64,000 nt of DNA, from NCBI GenBank assembly GCA_964518405.1, contig CAZFGB010000044.1:14862-78861 (forward strand). Reading direction: 5' to 3'. The position numbers and the translations under genes were made by a program. Below the pieces are notes generated by a model that was given only the letters and a program-made list of their open reading frames with translations, was not told the origin of the DNA and searched no databases. This stretch comes from an uncultured Pseudomonadales bacterium (GTDB lineage Bacteria; Pseudomonadota; Gammaproteobacteria; Pseudomonadales; Azotimanducaceae). Below, one piece after another: positions 53,526 to 62,831 of the stretch (within the stretch, counting starts at the first letter, position 1; every line of letters starts with the position of its first letter).

Positions 53526-54671
53526 TCAGTCCATGAAGCGATACAGCCGGCCGGCGTTCTCGCAGGTGATCTTGCGCCGCAGCGCATCGGACACGCCGCC
53601 GAGCTCGCGCGCGATGAACTCCCTGGAATCCGGCCACACGCCGTCGGGATGCGGGAAGTCGCTGCCCCACATCACGTTGTCCTCGCCCAGGATGTCGAGC
53701 AGGCGAATGCCGATGGGGTCCGACTGGTAGGTGGCATGGCATTGGCGCCGCCAATACTCGGAGGGTTTCATGGTCAGGGTGAGGTCCTTGAATTGATCTT
53801 CCCACTCGAGGTCCATGTGCTCCAGGATGTAGGGAATCCACCCGATGCCGCTTTCGCCGACAACGATGTTCAGCGCTGGGTGTGCTTCGAGCACGCCGCC
53901 GTAGATGATCTCCATGACGATCTTGGACATCGCCAGTTGGAAACTCGTGATGGTCACGGCGAATGCCTGTCGCCGTTGCAGGGGGGCGAGCGCGTCGAGG
54001 TCGTAGCGGCGGCCCCCGCCGATGGTGTGGTAGTGCAGCGGAAGACCGGCTTCCTCGGTCAGCGCCCATAGCGGTTCCCAGGAGGGGTGGAATAGCGGCG
54101 TCATGTCGTACGTGGCCGCCACCTCGATACCGCGCAGCGCGCCGCGCTCGGCTACCCGGCGCACCTCGTCGCAGGCGGTCCCGACATCGTGGCTCGGAAT
54201 GCTCGCGATTCCCGCGAAGCGCTCCGGTCTGGCCGAGCAGAAGTCCGCCATCCAGTCGTTGTAGATGCGCATGACTTCGGTGGCGGCTTCGTCGTCGTTC
54301 AGGCGATTTGCCGTGCCGAGAATGCCGTAGATCACCTCTCCCTGTATGCCGTCGAGGTCTTGGTCCCGCACCCGGAGTTCCGGGTCGGTCAGTCGCGGGA
54401 TACCTTTCGCGCCGTCGCTGTAGAGGCCCTGTTCCGCCATGCGGTCGGAGCGGTGAATCTGGCCCGGCACGTAGACGCGTCCCGCCGAGCCCATGCCGTT
54501 CTGCAGACCGAACTGCGCGCCGCTCCTGCTCACCCAGAAACGGCCGTCCTCCCTTTGTTCGACGTAGGGCATCCGGTCGCGCAGCGCGGCGGACGCGGTG
54601 CTGGTGAAGAGATCCTCAGGGAGCCAGGGCAGGTCGATGTGGCAATCGGCCGATATGATTTCGTAGCGCAT
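53526..54671 (-). CDS. Amidohydrolase-2-family metal-dependent hydrolase
   Basis: MRYEIISADCHIDLPWLP...LPLHYHT...MWGSDFPHPDG. Confidence 0.8.
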   Translation of the reverse strand: MRYEIISADCHIDLPWLPEDLFTSTASAALRDRMPYVEQREDGRFWVSRSGAQFGLQNGMGSAGRVYVPGQIHRSDRMAEQGLYSDGAKGIPRLTDPELRVRDQDLDGIQGEVIYGILGTANRLNDDEAATEVMRIYNDWMADFCSARPERFAGIASIPSHDVGTACDEVRRVAERGALRGIEVAATYDMTPLFHPSWEPLWALTEEAGLPLHYHTIGGGRRYDLDALAPLQRRQAFAVTITSFQLAMSKIVMEIIYGGVLEAHPALNIVVGESGIGWIPYILEHMDLEWEDQFKDLTLTMKPSEYWRRQCHATYQSDPIGIRLLDILGEDNVMWGSDFPHPDGVWPDSREFIARELGGVSDALRRKITCENAGRLYRFMD

Positions 54672-54952
54672 TTCCTCAAGTGCTCCGCATGGTGTCCGCT
54701 GGTCCAGGACCCAAAGCATACCCCTGCGGGATGCGTTGTCATGCAGGTTTGGTGTCGGGGCGGTTCATGGGCGGGCGGGTTCAGCTGCGATTACCTGCTT
54801 CTCGGCAACGGCGACTCGCCCCCGGTGCACAATCCGGAGTACGACTTCAACGATGCGGCCATCCCTTGCGGCGCGAGCTTTTTCGCGTCGGTCGCGGAAC
54901 GGGTGCCGGCGGTGGAGAAGGAGTCCACCCGAGACCGACGGCCTCGACCGTC

Positions 54953-55873
54953 TTACCGGAAGGCGGAGAGAACCTCTTCCTCGAACCGCTGCAGCAGCCC
55001 GACGTTGCCGGACGGCAGTGCCCCGAACATGATCTCGGCGATACCGGCGTCCTCGAACTCGCCGATCCGATCGATGACGTACTGGCTTCCTCCGGCGACG
55101 GTGCCCGGGCCGAAGCGACTCGCGAACTCATCCGTCCGGGCCTTGTCTTCGCTGAGGAGGCAGGGCATGAGCAGCGTCCGGCGGATCTCGGCGGGGTCTC
55201 GGCCGACGTCCTCGCAGTGCTGCTCGAGGATTTCGGCCTTGTACCGGTAGTACTCCAACGCCATGCCGCCGCCGGCCCAGCCGTCGAGATTCATGACGTC
55301 GCCGAATTTCGCGAGCGTCCGCAGCGTCCGTTTTGGACCCGTACCGCCGACCATGATGGGGATCGGTTCAGCGTAGGATCCCGGCGACAGGCGAGCCGAA
55401 TCCAGCCGGTAGTACCTGCCATCGAAACTGACCGGGTTGCTGGAGCGGATCAGCAGCCGGATGAGTTCGCAGGCCTCCTCGAAACGGTCCTGGCGCTCCT
55501 GCATCGAAGGGAATGTCCAGCCGTAGGCCTCGTGTTCGCGCTGGTACCAGCCCGCGCCGACGGCGAGGGTGAATCGTCCTTCGCTCAGGGTATCGATGGT
55601 GCCGGCGATCTTGGCCAGCAGCGCCGGATTGCGATAGGTGTTGCCCACCACCAGGTTCCCCAGCCTGAGCTTTTTCGTCATGCCGGCGACGAAGGCGATC
55701 GCGGACAGGCCCTCGAAGGCCGTCAGCGCTTCCTCCTCATGGGTTCCGCGCGGTGGAATGAAGTGATCGGCGAACCAGATGCTGTCCCAGCCGCCCGCTT
55801 CCATTGCTTGCGCCGATGCGAGCACCTGCGCTGACGAGGTGCGATACACGTTTACCTGTACGCCGAATTCCAT
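54953..55873 (-). CDS. LLM-class oxidoreductase (F420-dependent-type subfamily), paralogue of 8105-8989
   Basis: ...GWDSIWFADHF...LGNLVVGNTYRNPALLAKIAGTIDTLSEGRFTLAVGAGW... Confidence 0.8.
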   Translation of the reverse strand: MEFGVQVNVYRTSSAQVLASAQAMEAGGWDSIWFADHFIPPRGTHEEEALTAFEGLSAIAFVAGMTKKLRLGNLVVGNTYRNPALLAKIAGTIDTLSEGRFTLAVGAGWYQREHEAYGWTFPSMQERQDRFEEACELIRLLIRSSNPVSFDGRYYRLDSARLSPGSYAEPIPIMVGGTGPKRTLRTLAKFGDVMNLDGWAGGGMALEYYRYKAEILEQHCEDVGRDPAEIRRTLLMPCLLSEDKARTDEFASRFGPGTVAGGSQYVIDRIGEFEDAGIAEIMFGALPSGNVGLLQRFEEEVLSAFR

Positions 55874-55941
55874 GTTGTCTCCTCTGGTTCACCGCGCCCG
55901 GCGGCGCGGTGGGTCGCATCTATCCGAAAGCTCCGACCCCG

Positions 55942-57339
55942 CTATCCGCCTTTGCGGGCGTATTCGAACGTCTCGTCCAATGCCTTGCCGAGCTTGTCGA
56001 AGAGCTCGTGGACCTCGGCGTCGGTGATGATGAGGGGCGGGCAGATGGCGACCGAGTCGCCGAGACCCCGCACGATGAGCCCGTGATCCATGGCCCTCTG
56101 CATGCAGTAGGTACCGATGCCGAGTCCCGCATCGAAAGGTTGTTTCGTCTCCTTGTCCGCGACCATTTCGACCGCGCCCATCAGTCCCTTGCCGCGCGCT
56201 TCTCCGACAACGGGATGCGCCGCAACCTGGGCCAGCCGCGCCTGGAACGTCTCGCTCACCCTGGCCGCGTGGTCGAAGATGCCCCGCTCTTCCATCAGTT
56301 CCAGGTTGCGTAGCGCCACCGCGGCGCAGACCGGGTGCCCCGAGTAGGTAAACCCGTGCGCGAAGATGCCCACGTCCTTGCTGGCGTCGACGAGAGGTTC
56401 GTACATGGACTCCGGAATGATTACTGCGGAGATGGGCAGGTACGCCGACGACAGCGCCTTGGCCACGGTCATCGTGTGAGGACGCATCCCCATCGTCTCG
56501 GCGCCGAACGGTTTGCCCGTGCGGCCGAATCCGCAGATCACTTCATCGTCAACAAGAAGTACGCCGTGTTTTTGGAGCACGGCCTGGATCTTTTCGTAGT
56601 AGCCGTCCGGCGGCACGATGACGCCGGCGACCCCGAGGATGGGTTCGGCGATGAACGCGGCGACGGTTTCGGGGCCTTCCGCCACGATGAGGTCGTCGAG
56701 CGCCTTCGCAAGGCGCGTGGTGAAAGCGTCCTCCGATTCGCCTTCATGCGCGTGGCGATAGTAGTGCGGATGGGCGGTGTGCAGGATGCCGGGTATCGGC
56801 AGGTCGAAATGCGCATGGAAGGGCGGCAGGCCCGTCAGGCTGCCGCTGGCGACGGTAAGGCCGTGATAACCGCCCAGATGCGCGATGATCTTCTTCTTTT
56901 CCCGTTTGCCGATGAGGTTGTGGTAGTACCACATGAGCTTGATCTGGGTGTCGTTGGCGTCTGAACCGGACAGGCCGAAGAAGACACGTCCCGCATCGAA
57001 CGGCATCATCGACTTGAGCTTCTCGGCCAGGAGCACGCTCGGCTCGTGGGTCTTGCCCGCGAACAACTGCGAGAACGAGAGTTTCCTGATCTGCTCCGCT
57101 GCGGCCTGGGCGAGTTCCTCTTCGCCATATCCGATCGCGGTACACCAAAGGCCCGCCATGCCTTCCAGGTATTGCTTGCCGTTGTTGTCCCACAGGTAAA
57201 CGCCCTCGGCCCGGGCGTGCACGACCGGGCCCTGCGCCTGGTGGGCGCCCAGGTTCGTGTTGGGGTGCAGCAGGTGGTCGAGATCCTTCGCCTCGATGGA
57301 TCCGGGCGGGAACTCGTTATGCAGGGAACCAGGCTTCAA
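55942..57339 (-). CDS. Class-III (omega) PLP-dependent aminotransferase
   Basis: ...FFGLSGSDANDT...FIAEPILGVAGVIVPP...LLVDDEVICGFGRTGKPFG...TVAKALSSAYLPI. Confidence 0.9.
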   Translation of the reverse strand: MKPGSLHNEFPPGSIEAKDLDHLLHPNTNLGAHQAQGPVVHARAEGVYLWDNNGKQYLEGMAGLWCTAIGYGEEELAQAAAEQIRKLSFSQLFAGKTHEPSVLLAEKLKSMMPFDAGRVFFGLSGSDANDTQIKLMWYYHNLIGKREKKKIIAHLGGYHGLTVASGSLTGLPPFHAHFDLPIPGILHTAHPHYYRHAHEGESEDAFTTRLAKALDDLIVAEGPETVAAFIAEPILGVAGVIVPPDGYYEKIQAVLQKHGVLLVDDEVICGFGRTGKPFGAETMGMRPHTMTVAKALSSAYLPISAVIIPESMYEPLVDASKDVGIFAHGFTYSGHPVCAAVALRNLELMEERGIFDHAARVSETFQARLAQVAAHPVVGEARGKGLMGAVEMVADKETKQPFDAGLGIGTYCMQRAMDHGLIVRGLGDSVAICPPLIITDAEVHELFDKLGKALDETFEYARKGG

Positions 57340-57378
57340 GAGACAGAATCCTTATTTGATAATGAATTGCATTCCCGG

Positions 57379-57783
57379 TCAGCAAAGTGGCAGCAGGGGA
57401 CGGTCGGGTGATCGAGGGTTGGGCACGAGCCTTTTCCGGGAGGGATCGATCCGCCAGTCCATTTCCTCGAGCGGGACCGCGCCGAGCAAGGGTTCGGAGC
57501 CCCGTGGCAGTTCGATCACGCGAACTTGGCAAAGCCGCCCCTGCACTTCGAGTTCCACGATGCCGAGTACGCGATACTCATGCTGGCCGCCGTCCGCAGT
57601 AAACACCCTCACCTCGCCAAGCTCCTCCAGCCTGAGGGACTCGATAAGTTCCGCAGGTAGTGCAAGCTCAGCGGCCCCGGAGTCGACGAGCATGTCGCAG
57701 GTAACCTCGTCGCCTTGTCGATCAGGCGCAAGGAACCGGTTCTGCCAGTTCCTGACCTTGGCGCCTACGTAGAAGATTCCCAT
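57379..57783 (-). CDS. Retropepsin-like (clan AA) aspartic protease domain protein
   Basis: CDMLVDSGAAELALP (D-S-G-A active-site signature) in a 134-aa single-domain protein. Confidence 0.65.
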   Translation of the reverse strand: MGIFYVGAKVRNWQNRFLAPDRQGDEVTCDMLVDSGAAELALPAELIESLRLEELGEVRVFTADGGQHEYRVLGIVELEVQGRLCQVRVIELPRGSEPLLGAVPLEEMDWRIDPSRKRLVPNPRSPDRPLLPLC

Positions 57784-57789
57784 GTCGGT

Positions 57790-58602
57790 TCAGACCAACT
57801 CGGCCGGCTCGAGTTTGAATTCTTCAATCACTTGGTCGGCATAGTCGATGCGTCCGGTGATCTCGGCGGGATCGCCATGGCAGAGGCGCAGGCACGCCTC
57901 GGCCATGTGTTCCACCGGGGTGACGCGATCCCGGTTCGCGTCGTTGATGAGCTTGTGGTGCACGACGCCGGGCGTGGCGACGAGGCCGGGCGATATGACG
58001 TTGACGCCGATGCCCGTGCCATGGAGTTCCTGCGCCAAACCGGTGGTGAACCGCTCCAGCGCCGCCTTGCACATCCCGTAGACCGTGCCGCCGCGTCCGC
58101 CGCCGGCCTTTGCGTCCGGGTGCAGGGCGGCGTGTGAAGAGATGTTCAGGATCCATCCCCTGCCGCGCTCGATCATGCCGGGGAGGATCATCTGGGCGAG
58201 CTCGAAGGCCGCATAGACCTGGACGTCCATCATGGTGCGATAGCGCTTTTCCGCGAAGTCGACGATGGGAATGAACCAGGTGACGGCCGCGTTGTTGACG
58301 AGGATGTCGACGGGACCGAACAGCCTTTCGGCCTCGTCGATGAGGTGGCGGCGGTCGTCCGCGTCCGCCAGGTTGCAGCGCACCGGGGCTGCCTCGCCGC
58401 CGGCGTCCACGATGTCCTGGGCGCACTGCTTGATGGTTCCGGGCAGGAAATGATCCGACGACTCGACGGTGCGCGCGGAGACGATCACTTTCGCTCCTTC
58501 CATGGCGAGGCGCTTGGCGATCGCCTCGCCGATGCCCCGGCTGGCGCCCGTGACTACCGCGACCTGGCCGGCGACGACGCCGTTCGTGTTGACTTCGGCC
58601 AT
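57790..58602 (-). CDS. Short-chain dehydrogenase/reductase
   Basis: VAVVTGASRGIGEAIAKRL (TGxxxGxG), NNAA, YGMCKAAL (YxxxK). Confidence 0.9.
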   Translation of the reverse strand: MAEVNTNGVVAGQVAVVTGASRGIGEAIAKRLAMEGAKVIVSARTVESSDHFLPGTIKQCAQDIVDAGGEAAPVRCNLADADDRRHLIDEAERLFGPVDILVNNAAVTWFIPIVDFAEKRYRTMMDVQVYAAFELAQMILPGMIERGRGWILNISSHAALHPDAKAGGGRGGTVYGMCKAALERFTTGLAQELHGTGIGVNVISPGLVATPGVVHHKLINDANRDRVTPVEHMAEACLRLCHGDPAEITGRIDYADQVIEEFKLEPAELV

Positions 58603-58656
58603 GATGATCCTTCCGCGATCGAGACGTGAGGGCGGATCATATACGGGCGAGCGCGG

Positions 58657-59658
58657 TCAGGGCACGTACATTCTGGATACCCTGTTGCCGACGCCGGTCA
58701 GGATTTCGTAGCTGATGGTGTCCGCCCAGGCCGCGACTTCGTCGATGCTTACGCTGTTTCCGAAGAACTCGATCCAGTCGCCGGGTGCAACCAACGGCAG
58801 GTCGGTCACGTCCACCAGGGTCAGGTCCATGGACACGCGCCCGATGATCGGCGTCCTGATCGTCCTGAATGCGGACTGTCCACGATTGGAAAGGGCACGC
58901 GGCAACCCGTCCGCATAGCCTATCCCGACCACTGCGACCATCGTGTCGCGCCCGGTCACATGGGATCCGCCGTAGCCGACCGAGGCGCCGGCCATGACCT
59001 TCCGCACCTGCAGCACCTCGCCTTCGAGAGTCGCGACGCAGCGCATCGGGTTCCCCTGCTCGGCAAAGGGATTGCCGCCGTAGAGACCGATGCCGGGGCG
59101 CCCGATACCGTCCACGCCGGCGAGAATCGCAGCCGAGTTCGCGATGCTTGCAGGGACGCCGGGAAACCGCGCTGCGAATGCCTGGAAGCGCGCAAGCTGC
59201 GCTTCGTTCAGCGGATGCTCCGGGGTGTCCGAGCAGGCGAGGTGCGTCATCAGGAGCTTGACTTCCGTGTCGGCGGGAATCGTTTCGGCGTCCAAGCCGT
59301 CGAATCCCAGCCGGTGCATGCCGGTGTCCACGTGCAGGGCGATCGGCCCCGCTCGCATCTGGGCGGGGTGATTCACCACCGGGATCAGGCCCTCTCCTTC
59401 GACGACACCCGAAAACACGAATATGTCGAAGGTCTCGGCATCCGGCAGGATGCGTCGCAGTTCGCGTCCCTCCGGGTCCGTCGCGACGAAGAACTGCCGG
59501 CATCCCTCGGCGGCCAGCCGGCGCGTTACGGGCTCGATGCCGATGCCGTACGCATTCGCCTTGACGACAGCGGCACAACCCCCGGAGGCGCGGTCGCAAA
59601 ACTCGCGATAGTTGGCCGCGAGTGCGTCGAGGTCGACGACGAGCCGAGCGTGGGTCAT
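58657..59658 (-). CDS. alr: Alanine racemase
   Basis: AVVKANAYGIG is the PLP-Lys motif, followed by ...MTHLAC...GIGLYG...VGYGG...GRVSMD. Confidence 0.85.
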   Translation of the reverse strand: MTHARLVVDLDALAANYREFCDRASGGCAAVVKANAYGIGIEPVTRRLAAEGCRQFFVATDPEGRELRRILPDAETFDIFVFSGVVEGEGLIPVVNHPAQMRAGPIALHVDTGMHRLGFDGLDAETIPADTEVKLLMTHLACSDTPEHPLNEAQLARFQAFAARFPGVPASIANSAAILAGVDGIGRPGIGLYGGNPFAEQGNPMRCVATLEGEVLQVRKVMAGASVGYGGSHVTGRDTMVAVVGIGYADGLPRALSNRGQSAFRTIRTPIIGRVSMDLTLVDVTDLPLVAPGDWIEFFGNSVSIDEVAAWADTISYEILTGVGNRVSRMYVP

Positions 59659-59735
59659 CTGCTATCAGCCAGGAGTGTCCGATGTCGCGATGAAAATACA
59701 CGAAGCGCCGGGGAAGCAGGTATATTCGCCGCGCA

Positions 59736-60653
59736 ATGCCTGAGGACACGCATGAGCATCGAAAGCACCTCGCGGCTTTGGCACTTGCGTTGGCGTGCGC
59801 GCATGGCCATGCCGACATGATGGACCGGGTCGAACATCGTTACGCCGAGAACGAAGGCGTCAGGATCCACTACGTCGTGGCGGGCGCGGGACCCCTCGTG
59901 GCCATGGTTCACGGCTTTCCCGACTTCTGGTATTCGTGGCGCGAGCAGATCGCCTCGCTTGAGGACACTTATCGGCTCGCCGCCGTCGATCTGCGCGGAT
60001 ACAACGGCAGCGACAAGCCGAAGGGTGTCGAGAACTACGCGATGCCTCTCCTGGTCGCCGACATCGCCGCGGTGATAGCAGCGGAAGGGGAGGAGTCCGC
60101 AGTCGTTGCCGGCCACGACTGGGGTGGCGCCATTGCCTGGAGCCTCGCCATGTCGCGCCCGGAACTGGTGTCCGCGCTGGTGATCCTGAACCTGCCGCAT
60201 CCGGCGGGCCTGAGGCGGGAGCTGGCGACGAATCCGGACCAGCAACAAAGCAGCGCCTACGCTTACGCGTTCCAGAAGCCGGATGCCCACAGGGCGTTGA
60301 CAGCGGAAGGGCTTGCCGGGTGGGTGACGGATGAATCGGCCCGCGCGAGGTACGTGGAGGCGTTCGAGCGGTCCGATTTCGAAGCGATGCTGAACTATTA
60401 CAAGGCGAACTTTCCGTCCGGTGCGGGCGCCGCCGAGACGGTCGCGTTTCCGAAAGTCCAATGTCCGGTGTTGATGTTTCACGGCCTCGAAGACGAGGCT
60501 CTGCTTCCCGGCGCGCTGAACGAAACCTGGAACTGGGTGGAGCGCGACCTGACCCTGGTGACGATCCCGGGCGCGGGCCACTTCATGCAGCAGGACGCGA
60601 GCGAAATGGTCTCTGAGACCATGCGGGACTGGCTGGGACGGCGCGTGCGCTGA
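59736..60653 (+). CDS. Alpha/beta hydrolase, epoxide-hydrolase-like
   Basis: HGFPDFWYSWREQI (HGxP oxyanion), GHDWGGAIAW (Asp nucleophile elbow), and C-terminal GAGHFMQQD. Confidence 0.8.
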   Translation: MPEDTHEHRKHLAALALALACAHGHADMMDRVEHRYAENEGVRIHYVVAGAGPLVAMVHGFPDFWYSWREQIASLEDTYRLAAVDLRGYNGSDKPKGVENYAMPLLVADIAAVIAAEGEESAVVAGHDWGGAIAWSLAMSRPELVSALVILNLPHPAGLRRELATNPDQQQSSAYAYAFQKPDAHRALTAEGLAGWVTDESARARYVEAFERSDFEAMLNYYKANFPSGAGAAETVAFPKVQCPVLMFHGLEDEALLPGALNETWNWVERDLTLVTIPGAGHFMQQDASEMVSETMRDWLGRRVR

Positions 60654-60658
60654 TTCCG

Positions 60659-62269
60659 CTATCCGGCGTCGACGAGGACTCCCGGGTTCAGTATCCCGTT
60701 GGGGTCCAGACGGCTTTTCACCGCCTTCAGCGCGTCGCCGAAGAGTTCCGGCCGCTGCCGGTCCCACGCGGGCCGGTGCATGCGTCCTACGGCATGGTGG
60801 TGGGTGACCGTGCCGCCCGCATCGACGACGGCCGCCATGGCTTCGTCCTTGATGGTCTGCCACTGCTCGTCTTCCGCGCCGGGGCGCGCCGCGCCGTTGA
60901 ACGTGTAGTAGGGCGCCGGGCCGTCGGGGTAGACGTGGGTGAAACGGCAGGACAGGAACGCGCCGTCGCCCAGCACTTCGTCGAGCACGCGTCGCATGCG
61001 GGCGCGGACCGTTGCATCGAATTCCTGCCAGCGGTCCCACGTGATCGCGGTCTCGAAAGTGTCGGACATCAGGCCGAGACCGTTTGTCAGTCCGGCACTC
61101 ACGCCGATGAACGCGTTGCGCCACGCACCGACCGCCCCGCCCCGGCGACCGGCCTGGCGGTCGCCGTCGTCGATCGCCAGTTCGTCGTCTTCAATCAGGC
61201 CGCCATGGTCCCGGGCGATGGCGACGGCGTGCTTCAGGATTTCGCCCTGGGGAATGTCCGCCGACTCGAAGCCGATGATGAGCAGCGCGGTGTCGCCATC
61301 GAGTCCCGCATTGGCGCCAGCCTCGGCCGGATCGAGGATGCGCAGGTTCGCCGGCCAGAGTTTCGCCTGGACGATGGCGCGCACCGCTTCGCAGCCCGTA
61401 TGCCAGTCGCTGAACCGTATCCCCCCGTTCGCCCGGAAAGTGGGGCGCTTCTGCAGGCGCAGCCAGCACTCGGTGATGATGCCCAGCACGCCTTCGGAAC
61501 CGATCACCAGGCGGTCCGGACTGGGGCCCGCGCCGCTGCCGGGCAGGCGGCGCGTCTCCATCCATCCGGCGGGCGTCAGCATGCGGGTGGACTCGACGAA
61601 ATCGTCGATGTGGGTGTGATTGGTGGCGTAGTGGCCGCCGGAACGGGTCGCGACCCATCCTCCCACGGTCGACCACGGAAAGCTCTGGGGAAAGTGGCGC
61701 AGGGTCAGGCCTCGGGGTCGAAGCGCTGATTCCAGGTCTGGGCCGAGGATGCCGGCCTGGAACTTCCCCGCGCGGGAAACCTCGTCGATCTCACAGACCG
61801 CGTTCAGGTTGTCGAGATCGATGGTGACAGCGCCGTCGATACCGTCGGGAACCTTCACGCCCCATACCACGGAGGTGCCGCCGCCGTAGGGGACGACCGC
61901 GTAGCGTTTCGCGTCGCACCATTCGAGCACGGACTCGAGTTCCGCGTCCGTGCGCGGATGCGCGACCGCGTCGGGCGGGTTCCTGAACACGCCCTGAAGG
62001 GCCGCCAGGAGTTCCGTGCGGTGCCCGCCGTAGGTATGCGTCAGCCTGTCCGCGCGGTCGGCGCGGACGAAACCGGACAGCCGCGAGGGGACTTCGATGC
62101 GGCTGTCTTGGAGTGCGATGTCTTCGATCGCCGGTATGGGCGGGACCTGCACTTCCCTACCCAGTCGGGCGGAAACCTGCCGGGCGGCTTCAGTTCGCTG
62201 CGCATTGGTGGGTTCGTCGGATACGTACCCCCAGGTCCAGAAACTGCGGCGTTCTTCTCGTGCGGCCAT
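60659..62269 (-). CDS. FAD-linked oxidase (alkyl-DHAP-synthase/glycolate-oxidase-like)
   Basis: VVPYGGGTSVVWG is the FAD-binding PCMH domain, followed by ...GTVTHHHAVGR...LDPNGILNPG at the C-terminus. Confidence 0.8.
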   Translation of the reverse strand: MAAREERRSFWTWGYVSDEPTNAQRTEAARQVSARLGREVQVPPIPAIEDIALQDSRIEVPSRLSGFVRADRADRLTHTYGGHRTELLAALQGVFRNPPDAVAHPRTDAELESVLEWCDAKRYAVVPYGGGTSVVWGVKVPDGIDGAVTIDLDNLNAVCEIDEVSRAGKFQAGILGPDLESALRPRGLTLRHFPQSFPWSTVGGWVATRSGGHYATNHTHIDDFVESTRMLTPAGWMETRRLPGSGAGPSPDRLVIGSEGVLGIITECWLRLQKRPTFRANGGIRFSDWHTGCEAVRAIVQAKLWPANLRILDPAEAGANAGLDGDTALLIIGFESADIPQGEILKHAVAIARDHGGLIEDDELAIDDGDRQAGRRGGAVGAWRNAFIGVSAGLTNGLGLMSDTFETAITWDRWQEFDATVRARMRRVLDEVLGDGAFLSCRFTHVYPDGPAPYYTFNGAARPGAEDEQWQTIKDEAMAAVVDAGGTVTHHHAVGRMHRPAWDRQRPELFGDALKAVKSRLDPNGILNPGVLVDAG

Positions 62270-62400
62270 CCTGCTCCTTTATCCGGGGGCCTCACGCCGT
62301 AGGCGTGATGGGGTCCGGCCAGGGTCCGGGTCACTATGACATAATTTCGAGTCCATCCTTCAAGCTGGAAAGCGGTCGCAGGATCGCCGGACCCTGATTC

Positions 62401-62808
62401 ATGTCTTTCACCCGGGTGCGCCCCATTGTGCAGGAGAGCTATGCCAGGACACTCGGGGTCGAGCTGGTGGAGGCGGGCCAGGATCGCGTCGTCGCGCGGT
62501 TGCCCTATCGGGAACAGTTGGGCACCGGCCGCATTCACGGCGGCGCTATCAGCGGACTCGTCGACATCGCCGCCACGGCGGCGTTCTGGTCGCATCGGGA
62601 TCTGCCGTCGAATGCGCGCGGCGCGACCATCGGCTTCACCGTCAACTTCCTGCGCGTGGCGGCCCGGACGGACCTGTCGGCGACTGCGACGGTACGGCGG
62701 CGGGGCGGCACCATCTGCGTCGGCGACGTATCGGTTGTCGGACAGGACGGCGAGGAGGTGGCCACGGCGGTGGTGACCTACAAGCTCGACCGGTCGAACC
62801 GGGACTGA
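62401..62808 (+). CDS. PaaI-family hotdog-fold thioesterase
   Basis: ...LGVELVEAGQDRVVARLPY...GRIHGGAISGLVDIAA... Confidence 0.8.
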   Translation: MSFTRVRPIVQESYARTLGVELVEAGQDRVVARLPYREQLGTGRIHGGAISGLVDIAATAAFWSHRDLPSNARGATIGFTVNFLRVAARTDLSATATVRRRGGTICVGDVSVVGQDGEEVATAVVTYKLDRSNRD

Positions 62809-62831
62809 GCTCGAATCTGTAGAGCGCCGCC

